Of a DNA stretch of 64,000 bases, positions 37,491-51,800 are shown piece by piece. Every line of letters starts with the position of its first letter. Position 1 is the first letter of the stretch. A program made the position numbers and the translations under genes. Under the pieces are notes generated by a model that worked only from the letters and a program-made list of their open reading frames with translations, was not told where the DNA came from and ran no database searches. The stretch covers positions 54,624,001 to 54,688,000 of the forward strand of contig NC_045697.1 of the NCBI RefSeq assembly GCF_009834535.1. Direction: 5' to 3'. The stretch comes from Camelus ferus. Taxonomy: Eukaryota.

Positions 37491-39639
37491 AGGAAATTTT
37501 TAGCTAAAGTTATTTAAAATTATTTTTCATGTGGGCTACATTTAAATAATGGAGTTACACTTAACTCATCACTGCACTTAAATAATTGCTTAAATGCCTT
37601 GGCTTCTCCTACAGTGGTTTTATTTTTATTTAGTGTTCTAATTGCAATTTGCTACTTATAAAGCCATCTATGGCTTTTTATAATTATTAACACACCATTT
37701 ATGATAGCTGTAATGTTTTTTCCTTTTGAAAGTTAGTTGTTGCAACTTTACATAAATTCAGTATTAATCACTTGGGAGCCTCAATGTCAAATGCAACAAA
37801 ATATTCTTCTCGATGTATATTAGAGCAATTAAAGTTAGCAGGTTTTTGTTCTATGTGTATACATGTGGTGAATGTGTCATCTGCAGATATACACGTATAC
37901 TGTATGCATGTGTTACCTATTTGACAGTAGAGGGGTCGTGTAAGGAGTTACTTCTCTCTCTCATTCCTCAGCTGGAACTTGGAAAATAATATTTCCCTTC
38001 TCATGTTAATCTATAAAGTCAACACAGATATAATAGATTATAGTAGAAACAGGCAAAGTCAACGTAAGTCAAAGAGTCCCAGGCCTCCTAGAATTAATTG
38101 TAGCGTGATGGAGTGAACACATATATATAACAAAGGATATGCCACACGTAAGGGGAGGCAGGTCAGCCGTGGAAGCATAGACAAGGGGAATATCCATCAG
38201 CAGGGGCTGGAGGTCTTCACCTGAGCATTGACCAGGGAAAAGGAGGCTTAGGTCTTGCAGAATAACCTCTCTGTGGAGACAAATACAACAGGCTGTCCAG
38301 TCTGATGCCGCGAATCTATTAAACCAGCTAATATCATGCTCATCATTTGTTCTCCCAGTAGGTCTTCTGTACAGGGAGACCATAATAGGATTATGGTGGG
38401 ACTAACTGTTGTATTTTATGAAATAAATTAAGGAACAGGCATCCCAGCCTCCTGGATCCCATTCCCGAGAGATGGTTCTCTCTGTTCCCCTTTAGGACGA
38501 ACCAAGTTTGAACCTTAACCGTTATGAAGTCACTGAGCCCTTATATATACGTATGGCTAAAACGTTATATAGAAAACATTTTCTTTATCCGTTCATCTGT
38601 CTGTCATATTATTTTGACACATATACCTTCAGTGTGACCTATGAGGCCAGATTCTAATTTAGAATTCTTGTACCCTGGAGTTCCACTCCAGAATCCTGCA
38701 GCCAGAGAGGATATAGACGAAGCCCTGGTCTGCAGTGGGCCCTGCCTTCTTGCCCCACTCCCAGCTCCATCCTGCATCATGAGGAGATTCACGTACCCTC
38801 CTATCAACACCTCAGCCCACAAGTCCAAGCTCTGGCCATATCCATGCCCACACTCCCTGTGGTCACCCCTTGGGTCTAGAGCTGACCACACTAGTAGCAG
38901 TACCTGGGGAAGAGGCTGGTACAGTCCTGCAAGCAGCTTAGGGGCAATGAGGAATATGGTATAAAAGGGGGGAGAGGTCCAGGCTCCATGTGTGCATAGC
39001 CTGTCGGGTTCACAGGTTCCTTCCCTGCTGCTGGTGGTGGTGGGGCACAGCTGAAAGAGGGTCAGGGAAGGGGTCCTCTAAAGTGTGGGGTCCAGGACAG
39101 AGGCCTCATGGGATAATGAAGGGGTAGTCCATGCTGGAGAACAGCCTGTCTTCAGCAGCCATTTCTCTTTGCTTTTTGTTCATCTGTGATGAACGTTCTT
39201 GGTCTCCCTCCTACTTTGGACTTCTCATCCCTCTGGTCCCTCCTTTATATCCTGTTTGAAACACTCCTTCTTCTTTCCCCTGCTACTCAGTCTCAGCTAG
39301 TCTTTTGGAAATACTTTAAATCCATATAGAATCCTCCTCTGGTACTTGTACTAAGTGCTTATTTGGATCTCTTTAGTGTATTTCATGACAAAAATTTTTG
39401 GCTGCAAGTAAGAGAAAGGGGGAGGGAAGTACTCAGAATACAATTAGATTAGTACTTCAAGGTATGACCATGCTATATATATTATGTTTCCAAAAGATTA
39501 CTTATTCGTTGCTTTACAGAGTAGATATGAATGAATGGTTGCTGATTTAGAAACACTGGTAAACTAGGAGAGAATATACCAATTGAAGCAAAAAGTGAAG
39601 AAACAAAACATTTATACATTTAACAATAGAAAACCTTGG

Positions 39640-39850
39640 AGCTTTGAATTTGTCAGACACCAGTGTAATCACTAACATATGTTAACTTATTTAATCTATT
39701 TTAACTCACTCTATGAGATAGATAATATATTTCTATTGATTTTACAAATAAATAAACTGAGGCAGAGGGAAGGTAAGTAATTCTCCTAAGGTCACACAGC
39801 TAGAGAGTGGCATAGCTAGGGTTCAAACTCAGGCAGTTTGGTTCTGGCTT
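39640..39850 (-). mobile_element. MIR
   Basis: aaactgaggcagagggaaggtaagtaattctcctaaggtcacacagctag. Confidence 0.8.
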
Positions 39851-41136
39851 TACTTTGGTGTTAAAAGCTAATGGTAGGTATTCAGATGGAGAGAGGCCAA
39901 AAGTTGTCACATCAGTTTGACTGCTCCTCTTTAGAGATTAGCCATAACTGCAGCAACAGAATTCAGTCAATTTTCTTAATGGTCCTTCTCAGTTTTCTTA
40001 GAAACTCTCCTTATAGTAAGGCAGCGATATTTCCCTTGTTTTCCCTGTGGCTGGCATTTATTTAGTTAGACTATGCTTACCCTATTTCTAGCACTTTCCA
40101 TTTATAACTAGTATCCTTTCCCTGAGGAACTCACCCATGTTTCCTTACCACCTGTTCATAAGCCTGATGCATTATAAAGAAGTTTACATTCAAAGTCAAG
40201 GGAGCTGAGAGCTGCAAAGGCTTAGTTGTCTTGTTCAGTCAATTTTTTTAGGGACAATTCTTCCAATCTTTTAAACATAGTTTTAGCACACAAGATAAAT
40301 AGAAACAACCTTTAAGAAACAATACAAGGTTTGTTGACCTATAGACATATTTAGAATAGAACAACTGTTTGGAAGTTTTTTACTTTTGAAAATATGTGGG
40401 TGTGATTACTTGATGAAGTATCATACTTCTTTAAGGTTTTACTCCAAAGTAAGTATAAATCCTGAGTTTTGTCAGCCTAGCTGATTACCCATGTACTTTG
40501 TTTTTTAAGTTACTGATTTACCCAGGTTCCTCACCAGTTATCAAATAAGTCAAAAATAAACAGTAATGGCTTATAAATTTTTTTCAAAATGTATTAAAGG
40601 AAGAAGAATCCTACCTTGTTACTTGCTATTGACATGGAGATGGTGGACACTAGATTTCATTTAAACATGAACGTCTGCTTATACGCCACATAAACATTTT
40701 TCCACAAATGGGTTATACAATAATACATGTATTGAAATTGATGTGTATCTGTAGGCTAATATCCAACATCAAGTCAATTTCTTGAAGTGTGAAATTTTTG
40801 GTTTAAAACATCAGTCAGCACACAGGGAGTTGTGATATTGATGACACAATCATACCTCAAGCTTTATATTTGTCAGTGATATATAGCAAAACTCTTTTGG
40901 GCTCCCTGGTCAACAGCACTAATAGCATGTTCTGTAATAGTCACATTTTGGGCATTTTTTACATTAAAATGTTTTTAATGCTCACTTTTAAGATGCTACT
41001 ATAAGATGCATCATCAATTTAAAACGAGCATTTTAGGAAAACAAAAAAACATTTAAGTATATCAAATATATACACTGTATTTATGATTATACCTAGGTTT
41101 TTGAAACATTATAGTGTAAAGAAACCTGTCTTGAGG

Positions 41137-44100
41137 AGTGATGTCAGCATCATGTTAGTGTTTTTTTTCTCTATCATCTTTGATTTACAACTAATTGGAC
41201 ATCCATAACGGAAAAAAAAAAAGTGCCTCTGCACAGCATACCAGGAAACCCTAGAAATTCACCCATCTGTGCACCTGAAAGCGGGTGGATCGGATGGCAG
41301 AGGTGGTGGCAGAGCAAGGGAAGTGGCAGGGGAATTAGTGGTGGCAGAGGCAGTGATGGCAGAGAAAGCAGTGGCTGGTGTGGCAGTGAGGCAGCAGGAC
41401 TTTTCTGGCAGACGAGGTGGAGGGTGAAGGTGGTGAGTGGGGAGGTCTGCCTTGCCATGTGTGCTATAGCTGTAGGCACCAGTTGCTCTCCCTGAGGAGG
41501 GACCACATTGACTTTGGGGGAGAGGAAAAAAGGGAAGTAGGCAGACAAAGGGAACTGAAGGGAATTGTCTCCTGCTGTCTGCCCCGGGAGGTAAGAGGAC
41601 CACCCACAGACCTTTGAGATCCCCCAACTTGAGGACCAACCTACCAGTCCATGGGCATAACCAAAACCCCAAGTGCTAAGTACACCCACCCCCCTGCTCT
41701 GTGGCCACACTATTTTTTTTTAATGCACACACTTCCAACCTTAGTATTAAGTCATTGTCCCTAAAAGAAACCAAAAACTTGAGCTATAGCAGCACCTTCT
41801 GAAAAACAAAAGGAGAGCTCCTAATATGCTCTAACTGATAAAAAATTTAAAATAGTTGTTCTGAAAAAGTTCAGTGAGCTACAAGGAAACTCACAAAGGC
41901 AATATGATGATCTTAGGAATAAAATTAACAAACAGGAGGCGTCCTCCAAAGAGATTAACATTCTAAAAAAGAAACAAAAATTCTAGAGCTGAAGAACTCA
42001 GTGAGATGAAGCATGCATTAGAATGCTTTGGAAATAGAGCAGATCATATAAAGAGTGAGCTTAAACATAGTGAGCTTAAACAAAAAATTAGTGAGCTTAA
42101 ACACAGATAGAAATACAGATATTATTCAGATGGGAGAGGAGAGAGAACTAAGATTTTAAAAATATAAAGAAACTCTATGAGAACTATCTGACTCCAGTAG
42201 AAAAGTGAACATAAGAATAATGGGTATCCCAGAAGAAGAGAGGGAGAGGGGAGTAAAGAGTGTATTTAGAGAAAGAATAACTGAGAGCTTTCCAAACCTG
42301 GGGAAGGAACTGGATATACAAGTCCACAAAGCTAATAGAACACCTTATTATCTCAATGCAAAAAGACCAAGACACATTATATTAAAGCTATTGAAAGCCA
42401 ATAATAAAGAAAGAACTTTAAATATGTCAGGGGAAAAAAGACAGTAACCTAGAAAGTTACCCCCCCCATTAGGCAATTATCTATTTCTTAGCAAAAATTC
42501 TACAAACCAGGAAAGAGTGGAATGACATATTAAAAATATTGAAAGATAAAAAACTTTCAGCCAAGAATACTATATCCAGCAAAGTTATCCTTCAGATATG
42601 AGGGGAAATAAAGCTTTCTCAGACAAACAAAAACTGAGGGAGTTTACCACCGCTATACTTGCCTTACAAGAAATGTTGAAAGGAGCTTTTCAAGCTGAAA
42701 TAAAAAGATAAAAGTGCACAAAACTCTGATTAAGGTAATAAGTCATCAGTCAGAACTAGAATACTGTAACTTTTTAAGAATAGTATATTAAATTCAACTA
42801 TAGCATAAAAATTAAAGGAAAAAAGCAATAAAAATACCTATATCTACTACAACTTGGTAACAAAATCACAGCATGAAAAGAGATAACTTGTGATATCAAA
42901 AATATAAAAGGGGAACAGTAAAAGGATGGAATCTTTATAGGTGAATGAAGAGAAATTTCTATCAGAAATTGATAAGAGAAATTGCTAGCAGAAAAAAGAT
43001 TATTTTATCTATGAGCTGATTTTATGTAAATCTCATGGAAACCGCAAAGAAAAAAATCTAGAGCAGAGATACAAAACATGAAAAAAGGGAACACTGGCAA
43101 ATCACTATGGAAAACCACCAACTTACAAAGGAAGACAGAAATAGAAGAGAAACAAAACAATGGGAGGCAAAAGAAGGCAAAAGATAGAATGGCTGTAGTA
43201 AATTCTTACATATCAATAATCACCTTAAATGTTAGTAAATTGATCTCACCAATCAAAAGGCACAGAGTGGCTGAATAGGTTAAAAAACAAGACCCAACTA
43301 TATGCTGCCCATAGGAGACTCATTTCAGTTCTAAAGACACACGTAGGCTCAAAGTGAAGGTATGGATATTCCAGCCAAACAGAAACAAAAAGAAAGAGGG
43401 CATAGCCATACTTATATTAGACAAAATAGACCTCAAGCCAAGAAGGGTAACTGGAGACAAAAAAAGTTATTATATAATGATAAAGGGGTCAATACATCAA
43501 AAAGATATAACAATTGTAAATATATAAGCTAACACCCAAGCTCTGAAATGTAATAAGCAATTAATAAAAGACCTTAAAGGAGTAATGGACAATGATACAG
43601 TAATATTACGGGACTTCAGTGCTCCACTGTGAGCAATGGATAGATTGTCTAGGCAGAAAATCAACAAGGAAACATTGGAATTGAACCACACTTTAGAACA
43701 ATAGACTTAATAGACATATTCAGGACATTCCACTCAACATCTACAGAATACACATTCTTTTCAAGTGCAAATGGAATACTCTCCAGAACAGATCATATGA
43801 TAGGCCACAAAACAAATCTTAGCAAATTTAAGAAGACTGAACTCATACCAACTGTCTTTTCTAACCACAATGCTATGAGACTAGAAATCAACAAAAGGAA
43901 AGTGATAATATCTACAGATACCTGAAAACTTAAAAGGTGCTTCTAAACAACCATTGGGTCAAAGAAGTAATCAAAAGGGAAATAAAACATTATTTCAAAA
44001 CAAATGAAAATGAAAACACAACATATCAAATACTGTGGGATGCAGCGAAAGCAGTTCTGAGAGGAAATTTTATAAGAATAAACACATATATTAAGAAATT

Positions 44101-44392
44101 AGAAAGATCTCAAATAAACAATGCAAGTTTACATCCCAAGGAACTAGAAAAAGAACAAACTAAGCCCAAAGTTAGCAGAAGGAAGGAAATAATAAAAAAT
44201 AAGAGCAGAAATAAATGAAATAGAGACCAGAAAACCAATAGAGAGGATCAACAAAGAGCTAGTTCTTTGAAAAGATAAACAAAATTGACAGACCTTTAGC
44301 TAGACTGAGAAAAAAAAGAGAGGAGAATTAAATAAAATTAGAAATGGAAGAGGAGACATTACAACTGATACTACAGAAATACATAGAATCAG
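41137..44392 (+). mobile_element. L1 5' half: 5' UTR, decayed ORF1, ORF2 endonuclease region; 3' end missing
   Basis: GC-richer 5' UTR; ORF1 piece NIRIMGIPEEE...FPNLGKE (42205-42447); EN start ISIITLNV..L.SPIKRHR; LLNNHWV...[14 protein letters not shown]. Confidence 0.92.
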
Positions 44393-45032
44393 CAGTGTGG
44401 CAATTCTTATGAAAAATGTAAGAACAATAACTGAAATGTTTAAACAATCCCCTCAAACCTCATTTCTCCATTCTAATAATATTAACGACATAGCATCATT
44501 TGAGAACCTTCAATTTGCCAGACATTCCCAATACCAATCATGGATGATCATATTTAATCCTCACATCAATTCTTTCAGGTAGGTACCGTCATTACTCAAA
44601 CATTGTTTTAGGTTTAGAGAGATGAGACATTAGGATCGATGCTTACCTTTAAAATACATATGTAACGGCCAAATATCAATTTCTGTCTTACCCCAATTCA
44701 CATCCATTATTATGCTATTGATGAGACGTAGAAAGAGAAAGGATAGAACTTTTTGATAACAATTTGTGGGTGCCTAATTTTTGAAGAGGAGGCAATAAAA
44801 GCAAAGTTTAAGCCAACATTTGGTTAGGTGCTATTCAGACTCCTTACGAGGATACCTTTGAACTAGAGGTATGGTTTTGTGTCTTAGTCACACAGATGAG
44901 AGTGAATGTAAAGTTCACCCTTTGAGAACTATAGAATCTTGGGATTGACCATGAGCCTTTCACAGCAAACGTGCTGTGGAGGAGAAGGAAAATATGGGAG
45001 TTCCCGAAGCTGGGAGACTTACGTGCTTCAGT

Positions 45033-45527
45033 TGTATCTTAGTTTGATTTCCTCAAAAGCAGACCCCAAGACAAAGATCTGAGTGGATGTATTTTATTTG
45101 GGGAGCGATCTTAGGAAATATGGTGAAAGACCAAGGAAGTGAGACAGGGAAGGGAGGAAAGCCACTCAAGATTATGTTGATGAGCAGATTACTATTTGGG
45201 GCACAACTGGGTTTCGGTCCTGCAGGGAACTTCCTAAGAGACTGTTTAGAACACACCTAGAATTGTCTCACTGAAGGGAAAGCAGGTGGCATAGTTACCT
45301 GTGATAGTCTGTCCTTCATTAGTTGAGAATTGCTCCTGGGCATGTTACCTCTCTGGCATGTTCTGGCTAAGAATGCTCTGATGGCCAGAGAAAACCACAG
45401 GCAGAGGCACAGGAGCATGAGGTGGGGAGACTTAGTCATTGCTGTTTGGAAACTAGCCCCTGAAGTTGCAGGCGGCACTGGGGAAGGGCTGAGGGGATAC
45501 GGGGGAAGCACCAACAATGCCTGCCAC
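45033..45527 (-). mobile_element. ERVL solo LTR (LTR16-like)
   Basis: tgt...aaagcagaccccaagacaa...ggaagtgagacagggaaggga...gccaca. Confidence 0.75.
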
Positions 45528-47699
45528 AAGATCCTTGAAACTGGAATCTGGGGTTCAGTGAATCAGGGTCAGGGGCTCTTAAAATGATGTCTCTTATCAA
45601 ATAGGCTACACTTGAGGTACTACGACAGCCCTCTTGATAAAAAAAAATGACGGAGCCGGGAACAAACCCAGGAGATCTGGCTCCAGAGGCTGTGTATGGG
45701 ACCCGTCACTGTTCTAACTTGGATAAATCACCTCCGTTCCCGCTCAAGCTTTCACTCAAATAGTTTCAGGCTTTGTTTTTTTGGATTTGAAATAAAGTCT
45801 AGGGTGAGTGCGTTCATGTCAGTTGTCAACCAAATTCAGACTTTTCTCAGATTAAGCGTAATCCATCAAAATTGCAAATCACTGGCAAATGTTACATCTT
45901 TCGCAACACTCTATTGTTACTTTTATCGTTTGGTTTTCTCTTCAGGGTCAGTTCTAATATAAGCCACACTCACCTATTTCCCAACAAGTCAATGTTTTTT
46001 GAAAAAAAATATTTTGTGAGAGTTACTATAAATGGGAGAAGAGAGAAAGAACTTCAGGGCTGAACAAATGTCAAGTGGCCAGGTAAACGCACCAGCTCTG
46101 TGATTCACTTCGTTCTATTAGACTGGTGAGCAGGGGTGTGAGGAGAGATGTGATCCAAATTCAGGCTCAGCAGAATTAAAAAGTACTGTAAATCATAGAA
46201 TCCTGGGATTGCTGAGGAGTGTTTGAATTGCAAACATTGAATGTTCAATTGGCCAAAGGTTTACTGCAGTATTTTTCTCTGTGTTGGTTGAATGCTGGCC
46301 CCCATGGTAGGATTATGATAGTTTTGCTAATTTTTAACAGTAGGTATTTTAATCTTTCTATTTTATGATGTATAGTCTATGTTTGACTTTATCTGTGAGA
46401 TAAGAAATAGAAATAGAATGCCTAAAGTAGTTTTGACCTGTCTTGTATGACTTGAATTATTCCTTTGATTTTTAGCTTTAAAGAATAAACTTATAAGGCT
46501 CTTTTATCTTTATGGGCTTGATGATTTGTTCCTGGAATTAGGATCTGACTTTGCTTAATATCTTATCAATGTAGGGCAACATCCTTTATTTATACCACAA
46601 AAAGTGACAAACAGAAATGTGTTTTGATTAGCACCTGCCCTCCAAGTACCCCCAACACAAAAACTTTTCTAGATGGAGCACATCGCTCTTTCTTGTTAAA
46701 TCAAACTGGATTCCGTGTTCCTACTTCAAACTGAAAGAACTTAATGCTGAAATCTCGGCCTGAGTTTTGTTTATGAACCAGTTGCCCGTGAAATATGCAT
46801 AGGCATTCAAAATTAGTAATAATGAGTGGAATATATACATATTTTAAAAAATATATGGATCATTTCCTGTCTTTTCTTGTGGTTAAGGCAGACAAGGAGA
46901 GCAGCAGCCTCCTACAGCTGCCATTATCATTCCACATTACTCTTTTATTGCCCATCAAATATGTATAGATTTAATGACCTGGAGAGGGATCAGTGAAATT
47001 CTTCACAGCACTGCATGTTTATTAATGGACCTCCTGTTCATTGTGATGTGTTAGTGTCAGGATTATGCCAATGGTATTGCAAGAGGCAACTAAGGGTTTC
47101 TTTACTCCTGATAAAAAGGAAATTAGCCGCTGATCATCAACAGAGAGCAACTCAACATCCTGGCAAATGCATGGGGGAGGGAGAGAGGCAACGGCTACAA
47201 AGAGATTAGAAGATGGGGAGATGTTTGATAAGTTTGTCCTGTTGTAGGACATGACAAGGAGTATCAGCAGCAGAAGCTGTGAAAAGGGAGAGAATGGAAA
47301 ATAAATGCAATGGAAGCAAAGAAGTATGGAATATGGATAGGAATGGAGGTCCAGGTAATGGCTCTTAGTTTCCCTTGGCAAAGAGAACATTCATTTGAGG
47401 CCATTACATTTATTTCAATTCTATTTAAGAGGAACTTCTTGATCAACTATTTGTATGAGTCTATGGAGTTTCTTTGTGGGGAGGGGATTTAAGAATAATT
47501 AGGGTTTAATTCCTACTCTCAAACAACACCACCACCACCCAGAAACAAACAAACAAAACTTAGGGAAGAGTTAGTCAAGGATTGGGGAAGGAGGTGCATC
47601 ATCTGATCAGGCATTTGACAAGCATTGATGGAAGAGTCACCCCATGTGACTCCAGCAGTATTTCCTTTCATTACACAATCACCTTTGTTTTGGTTTTGT

Positions 47700-48084
47700 T
47701 TTATTTGGGCTGAATTGTATCCCCGCAAATTCATATGTTGACATTCTAATGCCCAGATTCTTAGAATGTGACTGTATTTGGTGAAAGGGTCTTTAAAGAA
47801 GTAATTAAGGTTAAATAAGGTCATTAGAGCAGGCTCTAATCCAGTACGACTGGTGTCCCTATGAGAAGAGATTAGGACACAGACATACTCAGAGGGATGA
47901 CCTTATGAAGACACAGGGAGAAGATGATCACCTGCAAGCCCCGAGAGAGGCCTCAGAAGAAACCAGAACTGCCAACACCTGGATCTTGGACTTCCATCCT
48001 CCAAAACTGTGAGAAAATAGCTTTCTGTAGTTTAAGCCACCCAGTCTGTGATACTTTGTTATGCCAACCCTAACAAATTAATAC
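47700..48084 (+). mobile_element. MaLR solo LTR (MLT1B-like)
   Basis: gggctgaattgt...gaatgtgactgtatttgg...tttaagccacccagtctgtg...aattaataca. Confidence 0.88.
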
Positions 48085-49594
48085 AGCTCTGAAAGGGAGA
48101 AACTTTAATCCCACTTTAAGATGAAACTGAGGATCAGAATGTCATGCAAGTAATCTGGTTTTACAAAACTAGTAACTGGTTTTTAGAACGTGGGCTTTCA
48201 GAACTTGGATCAAACAAGATCCCCATAGTTACTGAAAACATCAGCATTAATGACGTGAGCATCAGAATTTCTAAAAGAATCTTGGAATTTTAATCAATGG
48301 TTAAACTTTCTATGTAAATGGTTAAACAATGTCAGTTCAAGCAAAGTCGGGTTTTTAGAAATCCATGACCTACAATGAGAGTAGAGCGTCTTCCTCAACT
48401 TATTCCTGGAGTATCACTTTCAGATCTCAGGATCATACTTTTAGAAAAACACGAACACATTAGAACTTGTTCCAAAGAGAGCGAGTCAGAGATGCCTGAA
48501 GGACTCAACAGCAAGGCTTGTCAGACACGGCCAAAAGGCCTGGGGTGTCTTTCTAAGGATAGGTGACATTCGTTTGAAGAGGAAAGAGGGCGTAGATGGG
48601 AGTAGACTCAAATGGGGCAGCTGGGGCCCAGGAAAAGGGGCTTTAAGGGCTTTTGGGGGGTATTGTTGGGCAGAACACTTGCTCTGCTCACCATTATTAC
48701 AAAGCACAAGTGAATTTCTAGCCTTAAATTATTGCTGCCAAGCCTTGGAAGACAGTGCTGGCCTTGATACCCCAAATTCCATTTGTTTTCAACCCCAACA
48801 AGGGAACTGTGGAGAGGCTCACTTTGAATTTCATCTGGTCTCTCCACATCTGATGGTCTTTGTGTTGGTTAATTACCCAAGAAAAAGTAGTTCCCCAGGG
48901 GCCAGGTTTCTTTCTCCTTAATAATTCCAGAGCAAGAAGCAGTGGAAACAGCCCCTCCAGCACAAAATTGGAGAAGTCTGTTCATGAGAGAGTGTGAATG
49001 CACCGTCATTAGCTGGAGTCTATGATTTGTTCAGTGTTAAGTGCCAGAAACACAGTTTTTGCTACAGATTCCAGCAGATACCCAGAAATAAGGTCCAGTG
49101 TGAAGCTGTTGTTTTCATACTCTAAATGTCAATTATTGTGCTATTAAAGTGTATGACTTTTCCTTTGGATCAAGATAGGCACATTTAGATCTGAAAGATC
49201 TTTCTGATTTTAAGAATTTCTCCTTTTATTTCCACAGGTTTCAAGAAAATTCTTACTATGTATAGAGGCAGAATCTGCCATTATCTGGGCAAGGCAGGGT
49301 ATGACTTGAGAAGCTCTGAGCAAAGCAAGGTTTTGAGGCTGTGTTCCCTCCTCACCCTTTTGTACTAAAATTATACAATAATATTTAAACTGTAGAATAA
49401 TAATAATAGCAAATTTACGCAGCATTTATTGCATGTCAAATGCTAAGTGCTCTTCATACATTAATTCATTCACTTCTCATAGTAAACCTATGACGTAGGT
49501 CCTATTGTTATGCCCATTTTATGTTTCATGGTAGAGCTAGGATGCATTCCTAGGTAGACTGACTGTGGAGTTCATGCTCTTAACTATTATGCTG

Positions 49595-49670
<76 letters not shown>
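49595..49670 (+). repeat. Compound microsatellite (TGC)11(TAA)14 at the end of a MIR
   Basis: Read directly from the sequence. Confidence 0.95.
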
Positions 49671-49671
<1 letters not shown>

Positions 49672-50636
49672 TAAAAAACAAGTGTGAGGATGTTTAACAA
49701 AGCTGTTTTTTTCACAGGATAACTCTATTGGTCCTTATTATGAAATATCACACATTAACTTCTATGTGAATTCATAAAAATCTCTTTCTCTCTCCCTTTC
49801 TCACTCTTGTGTTTCTTGGATTTTAAACAAATTCTTAGTTGAGCTATTGGGTAATCCAACAGTGGCCCCGAGAGAAGACCTGAGTTATCTGCATTGAGCA
49901 TAAATATAATAAATAGGAAGATCTATTGGGGTGGAAGAGAATAGGCTACATCCTTTGCCTCCAAAGCTGAAAGAGAAGCAAGTGACTTGTGAACCTCTTG
50001 ACTTCTTTTGCAGGACTTTGAATTCACATAAATTTTTAAAAAATCAGTCAGAGAGGTCTCTTACCTTTTAAACCATTCACCAAACTGCCTTCCTTTCAAC
50101 ATAATGAGCCATAATTACTCAATGATCTTTCAAAGGGTGAGTATCTCTGGGACCTAAGATCTTTACAAAGGCTTTCTCAGGTTTAATTTGCTAATACCCT
50201 TAGTTAAAATGCAGTTCTTCCTTCCAGAGATCAAAATTGCTGCAACTACAGTGGGTTTTTAAGTGTTTTAAATGTTATACCTATATAAAAGTTATCTGCT
50301 CTCTGTTTGGAAACATTTATTTATACTTTATATCTATCTACACAATCTATTGTTACATCTGCCAAGGTGGGAGCAAAACTATGCTTGACCTCAGATGGAT
50401 AAAGTTTGCTGTCGGCATTTTTGTTGAATGACAAAATCCCTGGGGCAAAACTCTCCAAAGTTTTTATTTAATTTTGATGTACCCACAGCACAGCTCTTCT
50501 TTGCTGTGTCACGGATTTATTGAGTTGTAATTAGACTGTCTGAGGGGAAACTACATTCTAGGCTGGGACCGCTTCAGGATTTCCCAATAGCTAGACCAAA
50601 CTATGTTTAAAGTACCAGCCAAATGGGAAGGAAGAG

Positions 50637-50650
<14 letters not shown>

Positions 50651-50706
<56 letters not shown>
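50651..50706. repeat. (TA)28 microsatellite
   Basis: Read directly from the sequence. Confidence 0.95.
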
Positions 50707-50710
<4 letters not shown>

Positions 50711-51782
50711 TGAGACAGAGAGGGAGAAAATTTACAGAATTTGATATGTGCTATTTCAACATTAGAGCCTTCTTCTGTATGGCAGACATGAACTAGGGGC
50801 TTAATGTTACCTGGAACCCATTGGTCATGCAAGAAGTGGTCCAAGTCTTATCACTGTAGATTTATTTTTCTATCCTTTGGTTGACCTGAGTCCTGTAATT
50901 CCTATATATGTTCCTTTTTTCTTTCCTTCAGTTTAAAAATATTATTGTATTAATTACCATTATTTTAAGGGTCATATCTATTTTTAGGTTCTGAATCTTA
51001 TCGTGCACATTTGTGACGCTGAGGTCTTTATCATAGTCTTGTCTCAGCTTCCAATCTGTTGAGTGGTGAGCAGCCCTGGCATTAACATTTAGAATACCCT
51101 CGCTGACACAATGACCCAGCCGTTTGCCATACAAATCTAATCAAATCTATTAACGCCTTACTAGATCAAGTTTATTTCTTCTTTATGGAAAGCAGTTCAG
51201 GAGAAATGGTACAGAGAAACGAAGAGATTGGTGTCTGGTGGGTATAGATGAGGGAATTTTCCCCTTTCAATTGCCTCACAAATCACAGGGAGCATTTTTT
51301 TTTTCTTTTTTTTTTGTTTTTTGTTTTGTGTAGCAATAAACTCTTGAGCTGGAACTTGGGCTGAATGTAATTTCCTTTTGAGCAAGATAAGGATGGGTAG
51401 GGAAATTAGTTGTTTGGGAAGGAAGATGTATAAAAAGAAATATTTTTTTTTTTTACAATTTCTGGTTGAAACCCCATGGGACTCCGTGCTTTAATAATTG
51501 CCATTAAGGTCCACTGTCTTGTCTAATATAAATTCTGAAATCAGCACTATTGGGAAAATGTTTTTTATTTGCCTGTCCATGTATGGAGGGGTATTTTGTC
51601 CATCATGACCTTGCGTTGAATCCAAGTTTATGCTGACTTTTCCATAAAAATAGGGGGGGGTGGGGGGAAGTAAGTATCCAGGCAGAAGAAGGGATGATGG
51701 TTGATGAAATTCATTGAACACGATTCAGAGGATTACAATTCTAGGTATACATTTGTTGGCTCTCACTGTCATAGCAACATAC

Positions 51783-51800
51783 GCCCACTAGAGGTCAGTA
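51783..51800 (+). promoter_or_regulatory. CTCF-like motif
   Basis: cccactagaggtcag, one mismatch from CCACTAGAGGGCAG. Confidence 0.4.

Noticed and set aside
41174..41710. 178-aa and 137-aa minus-strand ORFs (possible ORF0-like products)
   Set aside because: They lie in a decayed, low-complexity L1 5' UTR whose GC-rich repeats avoid stop codons; nothing supports coding function.
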